The position numbers and the translations under genes were made by a program. A DNA stretch of 64,000 nucleotides from an uncultured Flavobacteriales bacterium. GTDB lineage: Bacteria > Bacteroidota > Bacteroidia > CAIKAF01. The notes beneath the pieces are model-generated. The model saw only the letters and a program-made list of their open reading frames with translations. It made no database searches and was not told the DNA's origin. Each line of letters starts with the position of its first letter. Position 1 is the first letter of the stretch. The stretch lies in the NCBI GenBank assembly GCA_903825395.1, contig CAIKAF010000004.1:5728-69727 (forward strand), given 5' to 3'. Below are positions 1 through 10,243 of the stretch, one piece after another.

Positions 1-208
1 TCTCAGGATTCGAAAAAGTACGTTGATCCATTACCTTACACCATCCGCACCAATCCGTGTATAAATCAATCATCACTGGCCGGGGTTCCTTTTCATTTAA
101 AATCAAGGCCTCTTCAATGGAATACCACGTTAGTGGCTTAGATAGGGTTGCATCTTGAGCATAGCTCAAAAATGGAATGCTTAGCAGCAAATAGAAAACA
201 TATTTCAT
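1..208 (-). CDS. Thioredoxin-family protein (WCGWC), exported; 3' end truncated by window edge
   Basis: Manual translation from ATG at 208: MKYVFYLLLSIPFLSYAQ...PVMIDLYTDWCGWCKVMDQRTFSNPE; signal peptide plus CxxC. Confidence 0.8.
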   Translation of the reverse strand, partial: MKYVFYLLLSIPFLSYAQDATLSKPLTWYSIEEALILNEKEPRPVMIDLYTDWCGWCKVMDQRTFSNPE

Positions 209-588
209 ACCTCAATGATACGAAATTGAAGGCAGTCTTGTTGTGAAAAAAGCGTTAAAGCTCCATCAAAACTACTTCAAAAGACGCTTTTGGAAGTGTC
301 CATGGCTTTAAATGCATTCATCCTTTATGTTTTCAATAAGAACCAGCACCCAATTCTAAGCTAAGCATTTGCAAAATCGAAATGCCCAATCCCCTATGTC
401 TCCTTTTTGCCGACTGGGAGTAATCCTTTGTGGTAAAAACAATCCCCTCGGCATACGAAATAAAAAAACAACCTCGCTCAACCGCACCGCCTTTAAATCA
501 AAAAACCAAGAAACTAAAACCTTCGACAATTATCAACAAAATCTTACCCAGACTTTAAATCCCCCTGTATTAGCCCTTCGTCACCATA

Positions 589-655
589 GTTACGGATATA
601 TAACCATTACGTAATATTTACTTAATCGACCGCCCAATATCCCCATCTATCTTTG
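589..655 (+). promoter_or_regulatory. Bacteroidota -7 promoter element (TATCTTTG) preceded by four 11-bp-spaced half-sites (PhoB/OmpR-like box)
   Basis: GTTAC 589, ATAAC 600, GTAAT 611, TTAAT 622; TATCTTTG 648-655. Confidence 0.5.
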
Positions 656-673
656 CGGCAAAACAAGCAAAAA

Positions 674-2326
674 ATGAAACATTTCTTACACGCCGCAACC
701 CTTCTTTTGGGAACTTCAGTGGCCGTAGCCCAAACGGTTACCGTTACTGACGCCGACATCAATGCCGGCCAAACTGTAAACTGGGTAAACACCAACACTT
801 ATGTTTTGGATGGCCCTGTTTATGTAGAAGCAGGTGCTACCCTGAATATTCAGGCGGGCACCATAATTAAAGGAAAAGCTCAAGCTCAAGGATCTCCAGC
901 TTCAGCCTTATTTATTTCTCGCGGAGGTAAAATCAATGCAGTGGGTACACCAAGCCAGCCGATCATTTTCACCGCTGAGGCAGATGATGTCACCAATCCT
1001 GCCGACTTGGATGAGACCGACCGCGGTTTGTGGGGCGGTGTAGTTATTCTTGGGTACGGCATAACTAAAAACGCCGGGGTTGATACCTTCCAGGTTGAAG
1101 GAGTTGCCGGAAATGAGCCGCGCGCTTTGATGGGCGGCACAGACAACACAGATAATTCTGGAACGCTGAAGTACGTTTCCATCCGCCATGCCGGTTTTGA
1201 AATCGGACCCGGAAACGAATTGAACGGCCTGACTCTTGGAGCCGTAGGCTCAGGAACTACCTTAGAATACATCGAGGTTTTTGCCTGCTCTGACGATGGC
1301 ATCGAGTTCTTCGGCGGCGCCGCCAATTTAAAATATGCTGTTTCTTCCATGAACTCAGATGATTCTTTCGACTGGGATTTAGGCTACCGCGGAAAAGGTC
1401 AGTTTTGGTTCGCCATTCAAGCGGCTGACGAAGGAAATCATTTGTTCGAAGTAGATGGAGCCATCCCAGATGCTGGTCCAGTTTGGTCTCAACCAACGGT
1501 TTTTAACGCCACCCTAATCGGATCTGGAGCCGCAAACACCACCAATTCAAACAACACCATTGCTTTGTTGTGGCGCGACGCTACCGGCGGATACCTGAAC
1601 AATTCGATTGTCTATGATTACGCCAACAAAGGCTTGGAAGTAGAAGACTTAGCCATGGCCTCTGGAATTGACTCTTACAAGCGCATGCAAGATGGAGAAT
1701 TGGCTTTCAACAATAACGTTTGGTTTGCTTTCGGTGCTGGAAACACCCTTGATACAGCTGGTTTTATTAAGGTAACAAACGCTTCTACATCCGAGGATGC
1801 TGACTGCTCTGATTTGATTACCCACCTAGGTTCTAAAGGAAATGCCGTTACCGATCCAGGACTATTAAGCATCGGCCGTACTGCCAACAACATGCTAGAT
1901 CCTCGCCCCGATGGTAACGTAGCTCAAATCACGTCAAATATGTTTACCTATCCAAACAACGACCCATTCTTTACGCCTGTTACCTACAAAGGAGCTTTTG
2001 CTCCAAACGGCACAGAATGGTTGCGCGGTTGGACCGCCTTAGACCAAAACGGATATTTGAAAGTAAATTCATCCATAGCCGTTCAACAAAATCAAGTATC
2101 TGTATTCCCTAACCCTGCTTCTTCTCAGGTGGTTGTTGCCATGCAAGGCGCTTCTGAAAATGCCCGTGTAATGATGACCGACATGACAGGAAAAACAACC
2201 GCAGTAGCCGAAGGGAACAGCAACAACCTTAGCATCGATTTGTCTTCCGTTTCTGCCGGAATGTATGTGCTACATGTGCATACTTCAACCCGCACCGGCA
2301 ACGTAAAACTAGTGGTAAACAAGTAA
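674..2326 (+). CDS. T9SS-secreted beta-helix-like protein with type A CTD; partner of the downstream TonB-dependent receptor
   Basis: ATG 674 with signal peptide; DNSGTLKYVSIRHAG, ELNGLTLGAVGSGT, DDGIEFFGG motifs; C-terminal VFPNPAS...GMYVL...KLVVNK. Confidence 0.8.
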   Translation: MKHFLHAATLLLGTSVAVAQTVTVTDADINAGQTVNWVNTNTYVLDGPVYVEAGATLNIQAGTIIKGKAQAQGSPASALFISRGGKINAVGTPSQPIIFTAEADDVTNPADLDETDRGLWGGVVILGYGITKNAGVDTFQVEGVAGNEPRALMGGTDNTDNSGTLKYVSIRHAGFEIGPGNELNGLTLGAVGSGTTLEYIEVFACSDDGIEFFGGAANLKYAVSSMNSDDSFDWDLGYRGKGQFWFAIQAADEGNHLFEVDGAIPDAGPVWSQPTVFNATLIGSGAANTTNSNNTIALLWRDATGGYLNNSIVYDYANKGLEVEDLAMASGIDSYKRMQDGELAFNNNVWFAFGAGNTLDTAGFIKVTNASTSEDADCSDLITHLGSKGNAVTDPGLLSIGRTANNMLDPRPDGNVAQITSNMFTYPNNDPFFTPVTYKGAFAPNGTEWLRGWTALDQNGYLKVNSSIAVQQNQVSVFPNPASSQVVVAMQGASENARVMMTDMTGKTTAVAEGNSNNLSIDLSSVSAGMYVLHVHTSTRTGNVKLVVNK

Positions 2327-2345
2327 TTATTTCTAATAGGTGTTC

Positions 2346-2380
2346 AGGAAAGAGGCAGACTTCGGTCTGTCTCTTTTCCT
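2346..2380 (+). terminator. Intergenic stem-loop (terminator or mRNA-stabilising hairpin)
   Basis: GGAAAGAGGCAGAC-TTCG-GTCTGTCTCTTTTCC. Confidence 0.7.
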
Positions 2381-2394
2381 ATTAAAACAGGTGT

Positions 2395-5379
2395 ATGAAA
2401 ACAAAAGGATTGGTATTGTTATTTTGGATAAGCGCCTTGCTCCGCATAAACGCCCAGTCGCCCATTGCCATGGGCTCCTCGGCTACCGCAACCATATCGG
2501 GAAAGGTCTTTGATCAAATTAGCGGCGAAGAGGTGCTGTTTGCCACGGTTCAATTGCAAGGCAGCCCCATGATTACTTCTACCGATATGGACGGACGATT
2601 TTTGTTTTCAAAGGTGACATCTGGAACATATTCCCTTGTCATTACAGCTGTAGGCTATCAAAAAGTTAGCTTAACCAATCTGGAAGTGGGCCCTGGTTCA
2701 ACGATTGAAAAAATCATTCCCGTCAAACCGGCCGTAATGGAAATCGAAGAATTTACGATTGAATCAAAAAAAGTAAACAATACGGAGGGCGCTCTCTTGG
2801 CCATGCAAAAAAATGCGGATGCGGTTCAAGATGGAGTATCAAGCCAGGAATTAGGCCGAACCGGAGCCGGAGATGCCGGAGCCGCAATGAAATATGTGAC
2901 CGGCGCCAGTATTGAAGAAAATAAATTTGTTGTGGTTCGTGGATTGGGCGACCGATATTCCGTCACTTCCCTCAATGGCATCACTACACCAAGCTCAGAC
3001 CCATACCGCAATTCTACTTCCCTAGATCTCATTCCCTCAGGAATGCTCGACAATATCATTGTTCGAAAAACATTTACCCCCGATCAGCCCGGAAACTTCA
3101 CCGGCGGCAATGTGGACATTACAACGAAATCATTCCCCGAACGCTTCTATTTCAGCTTTGGAACCGGTATCTCTGTGAACACTCAATCCTCGTTTCAATC
3201 CGACTTTTTATCAGAACCCGGCGGCGCGTTGGATTTTCTAGGAATGGACGACGGAACACGAGCCTTACCCGACATTTATAAGGACCCCGCAACCATTGCC
3301 CTAATGAACAACAACTTCTACTTAAAAGTGCGTTCATTAAATTCCTCGGCCGGAATTCGAGATACCTTCAATCAAACTGCTCGAGGGTTACGAAATACAT
3401 TTGTGCCCATTGAAAAGTTCAGCCCAATGAATCATGCTTTTAATCTGGCTGTCGGAAATGTATTTCAATTCAACAACAAGCAAGAATCCAAATTGGGATA
3501 TTACGTCGGAGCAAACTACGACCGTTCTTATACATACTATTCCAATGCGGTATTGGGCGCCTACCGACTTATGGATACCGCCTCAACTAAACTGCAAGAG
3601 TTTTTTGATTTTACTGACCGCCGTGGACAAGAAACGGTAACCCTAGGCGGCATGGCCTCTCTCACCTTCCGCATCAACGCAGGCAATGAAATTTCAGCCA
3701 ATGCGGTTTACAATCAGTCCGGCGAACAAAACAGCCAAATCAGCAGTGGAAGTGCTCCTCAGATTTTATCTTCCGCCGATTATGATTTTACCACCATGAC
3801 CAACATGTATCAACAGCGCTCTATGTTGAATTTACAGTTGAAGGGTCGGCACGCCGGAGGAGGTTCAGGCCGCTTTGAAGTAGAATGGAATGCCGGACAT
3901 ACGCTAAGCCGCCAAGACCAACCCGACATGAAGCTGTTTGCCTATCAAACAAGCCCAAACGGAACTAATTTCTTGGACAATGGCTCTTTTGATGATCCCT
4001 TCCATTATTATCGAAATTTAGAAGACCAGGCATGGCAAGGAAAGGTAGATTTCTCGGTACGAATCGGTAAAAACGCGGCCAATAAAATTAAAGTAGGCGG
4101 CAATCTAATGCACAAAGACAGAAACTTCAGCGAACAACGCTTTCAAATATCCTGGAATAGCGGAAATGGAAATTATGTAGACCCAACTAATCTGTATTAT
4201 TCCCCTCAGGTCGTTCGCTTAGATGCCGACCCTACCCGTGAATTTTCAGCCTTTTTTAACCCCCTTAATTTTGGCATTGTAGATACCTTGGTCGGGAATC
4301 AATATCCCCAAGGTGGCCGCTATATTCATAGTAATTTTATTACCAACCAGTCTAGAGCCACCAATGCCTACTCTGGGTATGAAACCATTTCTGCCGTCTA
4401 CGCCATGCTGAATTACGAATGGAAACGTTGGAAATTCATCGCAGGAATCCGCGCCGAACATTCGAACATGTTTGTGAAAAGCCAAGATTCAACCATTGCT
4501 GAAGGCCAAATCCAAAAATGGAATGCCTTGCCCGCCGCCAGTGTTGTCTTTAAAATCAACGATGATATGAATCTGAGGGCCGCCATAAGTCAAACCCTAG
4601 CCCGACCCAATTTGCGCGAATTGGCTCCTTTTGTAGCCTACGATATGATTGGAGCCCCCGCATTCAACGGAAACCCCGATTTAAAAATGACCGACATCCT
4701 GAATTTGGATCTACGGTACGAATACTACTTCAATCCCGGCGAAATGATCGCATTCAGCGCCTATGGAAAACAATTTACCAACCCCATTGTACGCAGCTTT
4801 AATCCAACAACCGGTTCTTCAACGGGAGAATTTAAATTCACCAATGTTCCCAGCGCCCGAGTAGGCGGTTTTGAAGTGGATTTCCGATCTAAATTGGGCA
4901 GCTTATTCAAATCCAAATGGGCCGACAACATCAAGTTTGGAGTAAATGCCTCTTTAATATTTTCTGAGGCCGACATCGATAGCCTAGAACTTTCATCTAT
5001 TCTATCGGTGAATCCCGATTTCGGTACTACCCGCCCCTTCCAAGGCCAATCTCCTTATCTATTCAACGCCTCGCTAGGCTACCTGCCCCCAGCCCTACGC
5101 ATGGAAGCGACCTTGAGCCTGAATGTTTTTGGAACGCGCTTATCTGAAAACAGCCAAGCCGGAACTCCTGATATTTATGAGGTGGCACGTCCCATGCTCA
5201 ATGCAACCTTTACCAAATGGCTGGGCAAGGACGATAAACTGGCCTTGAAATTCATGGTTCAAAACCTAACGAATGCCAACTTTCGACGCGTGCAATCCTA
5301 CAAAGACCAAGAGTTTGTGGTTTCCGATTACCAGTTGGGACAAACGTTCAGTTTTTCGTTGACCTATCAGATTCGATAG
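2395..5379 (+). CDS. TonB-dependent receptor with N-terminal carboxypeptidase-regulatory-like domain
   Basis: Plug motif VVVRGLGDRYS...LDLIP...VRKTFTPDQPGNFTGGNVDITTK; RPNLRELAPF/GNPDL; aromatic C-terminal beta-strand. Confidence 0.93.
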   Translation: MKTKGLVLLFWISALLRINAQSPIAMGSSATATISGKVFDQISGEEVLFATVQLQGSPMITSTDMDGRFLFSKVTSGTYSLVITAVGYQKVSLTNLEVGPGSTIEKIIPVKPAVMEIEEFTIESKKVNNTEGALLAMQKNADAVQDGVSSQELGRTGAGDAGAAMKYVTGASIEENKFVVVRGLGDRYSVTSLNGITTPSSDPYRNSTSLDLIPSGMLDNIIVRKTFTPDQPGNFTGGNVDITTKSFPERFYFSFGTGISVNTQSSFQSDFLSEPGGALDFLGMDDGTRALPDIYKDPATIALMNNNFYLKVRSLNSSAGIRDTFNQTARGLRNTFVPIEKFSPMNHAFNLAVGNVFQFNNKQESKLGYYVGANYDRSYTYYSNAVLGAYRLMDTASTKLQEFFDFTDRRGQETVTLGGMASLTFRINAGNEISANAVYNQSGEQNSQISSGSAPQILSSADYDFTTMTNMYQQRSMLNLQLKGRHAGGGSGRFEVEWNAGHTLSRQDQPDMKLFAYQTSPNGTNFLDNGSFDDPFHYYRNLEDQAWQGKVDFSVRIGKNAANKIKVGGNLMHKDRNFSEQRFQISWNSGNGNYVDPTNLYYSPQVVRLDADPTREFSAFFNPLNFGIVDTLVGNQYPQGGRYIHSNFITNQSRATNAYSGYETISAVYAMLNYEWKRWKFIAGIRAEHSNMFVKSQDSTIAEGQIQKWNALPAASVVFKINDDMNLRAAISQTLARPNLRELAPFVAYDMIGAPAFNGNPDLKMTDILNLDLRYEYYFNPGEMIAFSAYGKQFTNPIVRSFNPTTGSSTGEFKFTNVPSARVGGFEVDFRSKLGSLFKSKWADNIKFGVNASLIFSEADIDSLELSSILSVNPDFGTTRPFQGQSPYLFNASLGYLPPALRMEATLSLNVFGTRLSENSQAGTPDIYEVARPMLNATFTKWLGKDDKLALKFMVQNLTNANFRRVQSYKDQEFVVSDYQLGQTFSFSLTYQIR

Positions 5380-5429
5380 TCCATAGTGGTTTGCTTGGCG
5401 TTAGCCCGTCGATGACCTACCTTTGCAGC

Positions 5430-7892
5430 ATGAAGGCAAAGGCCCTGTTATTACTTACGCTTTTCTATTTCCCCTTAAAAGCTCAAACGCCGAGCTCCGG
5501 CGAAATCCTCCTACAACTTCAACGCCTCTCAAACCCCCAACGCGCCCTATACCTCGCCGCACACCCCGACGACGAAAATACCCGACTCATCGCCTGGCTC
5601 GCCAACCATAAAAAGGCTGAAACAGCCTACCTCAGCTTAACCCGAGGCGATGGAGGACAAAACCTGATCGGAGCTGAATTGGGCGACGCCCTCGGACTCA
5701 TTCGCAGTCATGAATTGGTCGAAGCCCGACGCATCGATGCCGGAATGCAATTCTTTTCCCGAGCCCGAGATTTCGGATACTCCAAATCCTACCAAGAAAC
5801 GGAATCCATCTGGAACCGCGATTCCGTGCTGGCCGATATGGTCAAGGTGCTACGCAGCTTCCGACCTCAGGTGGTGATTACACGATTCAGCCCTAAACCC
5901 GGCGGCACCCACGGACACCATACCTCTTCCGCTCGCCTAGGGCTACAAGCCGTTCAGCTGGCCGCACAAAAATCCTACCGACCTGATTTGGGCCCCGCAT
6001 GGCAGGTCTTCCGAACCCTCTGGAATACCTCTTGGTGGTTCTTCCAATCCAACCCCTCCGCCCTTCAGGCCGATTCGTTTTCCTCGGTCTTCGTCGGCCA
6101 TTACATCCCCGAACGGGGCATGACAATCCAAGAAATTGCCGCCCTCGCCAGAAGCCAACACAAAAGCCAAGGATTCGGAACCATGCCCGCTATGCTTGAT
6201 ACCCTAGAATACTTTCAAGTGTTGCAAGGCCCTGCTTTTCAAACCGATCCCCTAGATTTACTGCCCAATCAGCTTAGTAATTGCTCCGGCGGAGAACCCG
6301 CTCAAGCCATCCTTGATTCCATTATTGCTGGGTTCAATCCCCGGGAGCCGCATCTGCACGTTCCCGCCTTATTCCGATTCAGAGCGGCTTTAACCAAACT
6401 GGCCGATACCAGCATGGCCCGGCAAAAGAAACAAGCCACAGAAAGGCTCATTCAACATTGCCTGGGAATTCGACTTCAAGCCCTGGCCTCTCAACCCATT
6501 GCCGCCATAGGCGATACCTTGGAGTTTTCTTTGGATTATGGACAAGGACTGCCCGCCGACGTCCGCATAACCAATATACAATGGTTGGGGAAAGGCTGGC
6601 AAATCATTCCCGGAAAATACGCCCCATTGGGATTCCCTCTTCAGCCCCGCGGCCGCTACTCGGTTAAAGCCAAAGCAAACTCTTCCGCAGGCCTAGCTCA
6701 ACCCTATTGGCTTCAAACTCCGGGTACCGAAGGCGCGTTTTTTGCTTCATCGCCCCAGCATACGCAAGCTGTTGGACAATTTGAGCCTGAATGCCGCATT
6801 CAACTTTCTTGGAACGGTCAAACATGGCACCAATCCCTCCCCCTAATTTTCGTTTCAAAAGATCCCGTCAAAGGCGAACAACAAGAAGCCTTCCGTTTGC
6901 TGCCCCAAGTTACCTTAAACCCCGGCCGTCCCGCCGCCATTGCTCTGACCAACGAAGCGGTGGATATGCCCGTCTTGGTAAAAAACCACAGCAGCCAACC
7001 CTGCAGCGGTCAGCTCCGCCTCGCTTCCGATTCGCATTGGACCATTCAACCAAACTCTACCCGCATTAATTTGCCGGCCGGCAGCAGCACTTCCCTGAAC
7101 CTGAAGCTATTCCCCCGAAAGTTTGACGGTAAAAAGTCCAGCTTACAGCTTCAATTTGTCAGCGACAATGGGCAGGTTTTCCAACGGCAATGGATCGACA
7201 GCCGCTACGACCACATTGGTCACCTGGGCATTTTACCCGAAGCTAACCTGCCGGCTTTGGCCATGCCCGCCACGGCTCAGCCCCGCCGCATTGCTTTTTT
7301 ACCCGGGGCCGGCGAAGCCACGCCCGATTTGCTGCTGGGTGCTGGGCTTGATGTCCGAGTTATTACTGAAAACGAATTTTTGACGGCAGAGCTCAACGCG
7401 GACGTGCTCCTGCTGGGTATCCGAGCCTTAAACATCAGCGCTAAACCCGAGGCGCTAAAGCAACGGCTGTTGGAGTTTGCACAGCAGGGCGGGCATGTTA
7501 TTGTGCAGTACATTACCGTTTCAGGACTCGCCAACAAAGAAATTCTGCCCGGCTTAACGCTGGGCAGGCAACGCATCACCGATGAAAATGCAGCATTAAT
7601 ACCGCAAGCGACGGAACACATCTGCTTAAAAACGCCGTTGGTTCTCACAGAGGCAAGCTGGAAAGGCTGGGTACAGGAGCGGGGGCTCTATTTTGCCGAA
7701 TCCTGGTCCAGCGATTGGCTTCCCGTTCTTCAAGGCGCAGACCCCGGCGAACCGCAGCAATCCGGCATGCTCTTAATCCGCCCGTACGGCAAAGGAAAGC
7801 TCGTGTACACCGGCCTTTCCTTCTTCCGGCAACTCCCCGCAGCCGTCCCCGGCGCCTACGCCCTTCTCTTCAATTTACTGCATCTGCCATAG
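5430..7892 (+). CDS. PIG-L/LmbE family deacetylase with C-terminal GATase-like domain
   Basis: AAHPDDEN, SLTRGDGGQN, RARDFGYSK, HGHH motifs; ATG 5430 lies 4 nt after TACCTTTG. Confidence 0.9.
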   Translation: MKAKALLLLTLFYFPLKAQTPSSGEILLQLQRLSNPQRALYLAAHPDDENTRLIAWLANHKKAETAYLSLTRGDGGQNLIGAELGDALGLIRSHELVEARRIDAGMQFFSRARDFGYSKSYQETESIWNRDSVLADMVKVLRSFRPQVVITRFSPKPGGTHGHHTSSARLGLQAVQLAAQKSYRPDLGPAWQVFRTLWNTSWWFFQSNPSALQADSFSSVFVGHYIPERGMTIQEIAALARSQHKSQGFGTMPAMLDTLEYFQVLQGPAFQTDPLDLLPNQLSNCSGGEPAQAILDSIIAGFNPREPHLHVPALFRFRAALTKLADTSMARQKKQATERLIQHCLGIRLQALASQPIAAIGDTLEFSLDYGQGLPADVRITNIQWLGKGWQIIPGKYAPLGFPLQPRGRYSVKAKANSSAGLAQPYWLQTPGTEGAFFASSPQHTQAVGQFEPECRIQLSWNGQTWHQSLPLIFVSKDPVKGEQQEAFRLLPQVTLNPGRPAAIALTNEAVDMPVLVKNHSSQPCSGQLRLASDSHWTIQPNSTRINLPAGSSTSLNLKLFPRKFDGKKSSLQLQFVSDNGQVFQRQWIDSRYDHIGHLGILPEANLPALAMPATAQPRRIAFLPGAGEATPDLLLGAGLDVRVITENEFLTAELNADVLLLGIRALNISAKPEALKQRLLEFAQQGGHVIVQYITVSGLANKEILPGLTLGRQRITDENAALIPQATEHICLKTPLVLTEASWKGWVQERGLYFAESWSSDWLPVLQGADPGEPQQSGMLLIRPYGKGKLVYTGLSFFRQLPAAVPGAYALLFNLLHLP

Positions 7893-7911
7893 GTTTTGCT
7901 CCTTTTTTGGG

Positions 7912-8055
7912 GGGCGGCAACCGGGCTTTCCGGGCTACTCCGCGGCCAAAAGCGGGCCGGGCAGGGCCAGCGCAGTAGCTCCTCACGTCGCTCTGCCCTG
8001 GCCCGCCCGGCAACCGCTTTCGGCCTTGCGGGGTAGCCTCGTCAATCCCTGCCGC
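7912..8055 (-). repeat. Structured ~143-bp dispersed hairpin element, copy 1 (Flavo-1-like)
   Basis: Minus strand GCGGCAGGGATTGA-CG-A-GGCTAC...GCGAC-GTGA-GGAGC...GTAGCC-CG-GAAAGCCCG...CCGCCC. Confidence 0.9.
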
Positions 8056-8155
8056 AAGCGGAGTTGTACCTATCAATCAACCTAAATTCATCTGAATGGC
8101 CGGAATGGCCCCTTTCAAGACCAAAATCCCTCTGCCAAACCAAAGCGCAGCGGCT

Positions 8156-8938
8156 CTAGCCCATCGAATAATAAATCACCAACGAGCCCACAGCAATCCG
8201 ATACCAACCAAACCAATAAAAACCGTATTTGGTTAAGTATTGAATAAACCCCCGAATGGCCAAAGCGGCCACCAAAAAGGCAATGATGCTTCCAACCAAC
8301 AACAAGGTCAGATTGCTGGCATTAAACAGTTCCGGATGCTCCCCCCACAAATCCCAAGTGCTTTTCGCCGTGGCCCCAAACATGGTGGGCACCGCCAAAA
8401 AAAATGAAAATTCTGCAGCTTGCTTTCTTCCAAACCCCTGCGTTAATCCCCCAATAATGGTGGCAGCCGAACGGCTGACCCCCGGAACCATAGCCAATAC
8501 CTGAAAGCAACCAATGATAAACGCCTTGACCGATGACATGTTTTTCGCAGGCTCCTCGGATGTTTTTAAAAACCACTTGTCCACATTAACCAATACAAAT
8601 CCTCCCAGCAACAGCATACAGCCAATGATAAATGTAGATTCTAAAAACTCATCAATCAGACTTTTAAACAACACCCCAAACACCACCGCAGGAAAAAAGG
8701 CCAGCATTAAATTCCGATAAAAAGGAATTGGATTTGATGTCAAAAACCGCTTTCGGTACAACACCAAAACCGATAAAATAGCGCCCAGCTGAATGGCTAT
8801 TTCAAACAGCTTTACCCAGGAATCCTCGTGAATTCCCATGGCAGCAGAAACCAAAACCATGTGGCCTGTGGAAGATACCGGCAAAAACTCAGTTAGCCCC
8901 TCAACAATAGCAATTACAATAGCTTGCCAAAGTTCCAT
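8156..8938 (-). CDS. uppP: Undecaprenyl-diphosphate phosphatase
   Basis: VEGLTEFLPVSSTGH, PGVSRSAATI, AAEFSFFLAVP. Confidence 0.96.
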   Translation of the reverse strand: MELWQAIVIAIVEGLTEFLPVSSTGHMVLVSAAMGIHEDSWVKLFEIAIQLGAILSVLVLYRKRFLTSNPIPFYRNLMLAFFPAVVFGVLFKSLIDEFLESTFIIGCMLLLGGFVLVNVDKWFLKTSEEPAKNMSSVKAFIIGCFQVLAMVPGVSRSAATIIGGLTQGFGRKQAAEFSFFLAVPTMFGATAKSTWDLWGEHPELFNASNLTLLLVGSIIAFLVAALAIRGFIQYLTKYGFYWFGWYRIAVGSLVIYYSMG

Positions 8939-8941
8939 GCA

Positions 8942-9184
8942 TTAGTTTTTGAACCGCTTCATGATTCCAAAACCAAAAACGGTAAATCCGGCTAAGATCA
9001 ATAAGGGTGCTACCGTTAACCGCTGTGAACTGAAAAGGTCCTCGCTAAATTCGTTGGGATTGTCCGTTCCTCCGCCACTCAAGGCAATAAAACCCCCAAT
9101 CAGCATAGCAATCCCAAGCAACATCAACACATAATTCATTCTGTGAAAATTCAGACCTGTAGGAGCTTCTTTGGATGTTGACAT
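8942..9184 (-). CDS. DUF3098 family membrane protein
   Basis: Two TM segments, LSGGG...F...RLTVAP; usual ftsX-DUF3098-uppP synteny. Confidence 0.8.
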   Translation of the reverse strand: MSTSKEAPTGLNFHRMNYVLMLLGIAMLIGGFIALSGGGTDNPNEFSEDLFSSQRLTVAPLLILAGFTVFGFGIMKRFKN

Positions 9185-9228
9185 AGCGTTAAATTCAAAA
9201 GGTTGAGTTCAAAGATAACCCAATCTTA

Positions 9229-10113
9229 TTAAAGGTGAATGCGGTTTGCCGACAAGCGAAGGAATTTTCGCACCGCCATCCAAGTGCTAAACCAAGTCGA
9301 TGCAAAAGAAAGCAGGGCAATAAGCCCACTCAATACGGCTAAGCCCTGAAAAAAAACAGGGTCATTCAGCTCTGGAGCATGCTGCAATAAATACAAGGCG
9401 GCCAACCAGGTTAAAGCAATTCCCAACAACGAGGAAACCAAGCCCTGCCACCAACCGGCCAATAGAAATGGCTTGCGGATGAACGAGGATGTGGCTCCTA
9501 CCAACTGCATGGTACGAATCAAATGCCTACGGCTATAAATGCTCAAACGAATGGTATTGTTAATTAAAAACAACATGATTAGGGTTAAAATTGCAAGTAT
9601 ACCACCCAAAACCCAACCTGCCAACTGCAAATTTTGGCGCACCTGCTCCCAACTGAACGGATCGCTTTCCAATGCCGAAATTTGCTTTGGCCAGCCCTGA
9701 ATTAAGGCCTTCTCAATGCGGGGCAACGAATCCGCATGCACGTATTCGGCCTTTAATCCCAATTCTATCAGGTGCGGAAATGGATTCACCTCCAACACCT
9801 CACGCACATCGTCCTGATAAAATTCCAAATACTCCTGGGCGGCAGCTTCCGGACTAATATGCTTAGCTTCCCGCACAAACGGTTGGGTTTTTATCCCTTT
9901 TAACAGCGCCGATATGCTTCCCGCCTCTATATCATCCGCCAAAACAAGTTGAATGGTAAATTGCTGCTTGGCCACAATGCTTAAGCGATGGCCCACCAAA
10001 AACAACAAGCCCAAAGCACCTAAAACCATCATAACCAAGGTTACAGAAACCACCGTGGTAAACTGCGCAAATTGAATGCGACGCTTCGATTTTTTTAGTT
10101 CTTCTCCTGCCAT
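9229..10113 (-). CDS. ftsX: Cell division permease FtsX
   Basis: LINNTIRLSIYSRRHLIRTMQLVGATSSFIRKPF. Confidence 0.92.
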   Translation of the reverse strand: MAGEELKKSKRRIQFAQFTTVVSVTLVMMVLGALGLLFLVGHRLSIVAKQQFTIQLVLADDIEAGSISALLKGIKTQPFVREAKHISPEAAAQEYLEFYQDDVREVLEVNPFPHLIELGLKAEYVHADSLPRIEKALIQGWPKQISALESDPFSWEQVRQNLQLAGWVLGGILAILTLIMLFLINNTIRLSIYSRRHLIRTMQLVGATSSFIRKPFLLAGWWQGLVSSLLGIALTWLAALYLLQHAPELNDPVFFQGLAVLSGLIALLSFASTWFSTWMAVRKFLRLSANRIHL

Positions 10114-10243
10114 AGTTCAAAGGTCTGCTCTAGTTTCCATTTCTGCAAGACCATCAAGGTTTCCCAATTAACAACGGGTTGTTAACGCACAATTTTCAAA
10201 TCTATTGAATGCCCTTTCTGACGAATACAGCGGGCATCCAGAC

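Noticed and set aside
369-614. 81-aa ORF between divergent genes
   Set aside because: TTG start, no motif, and it overlaps the regulatory region.
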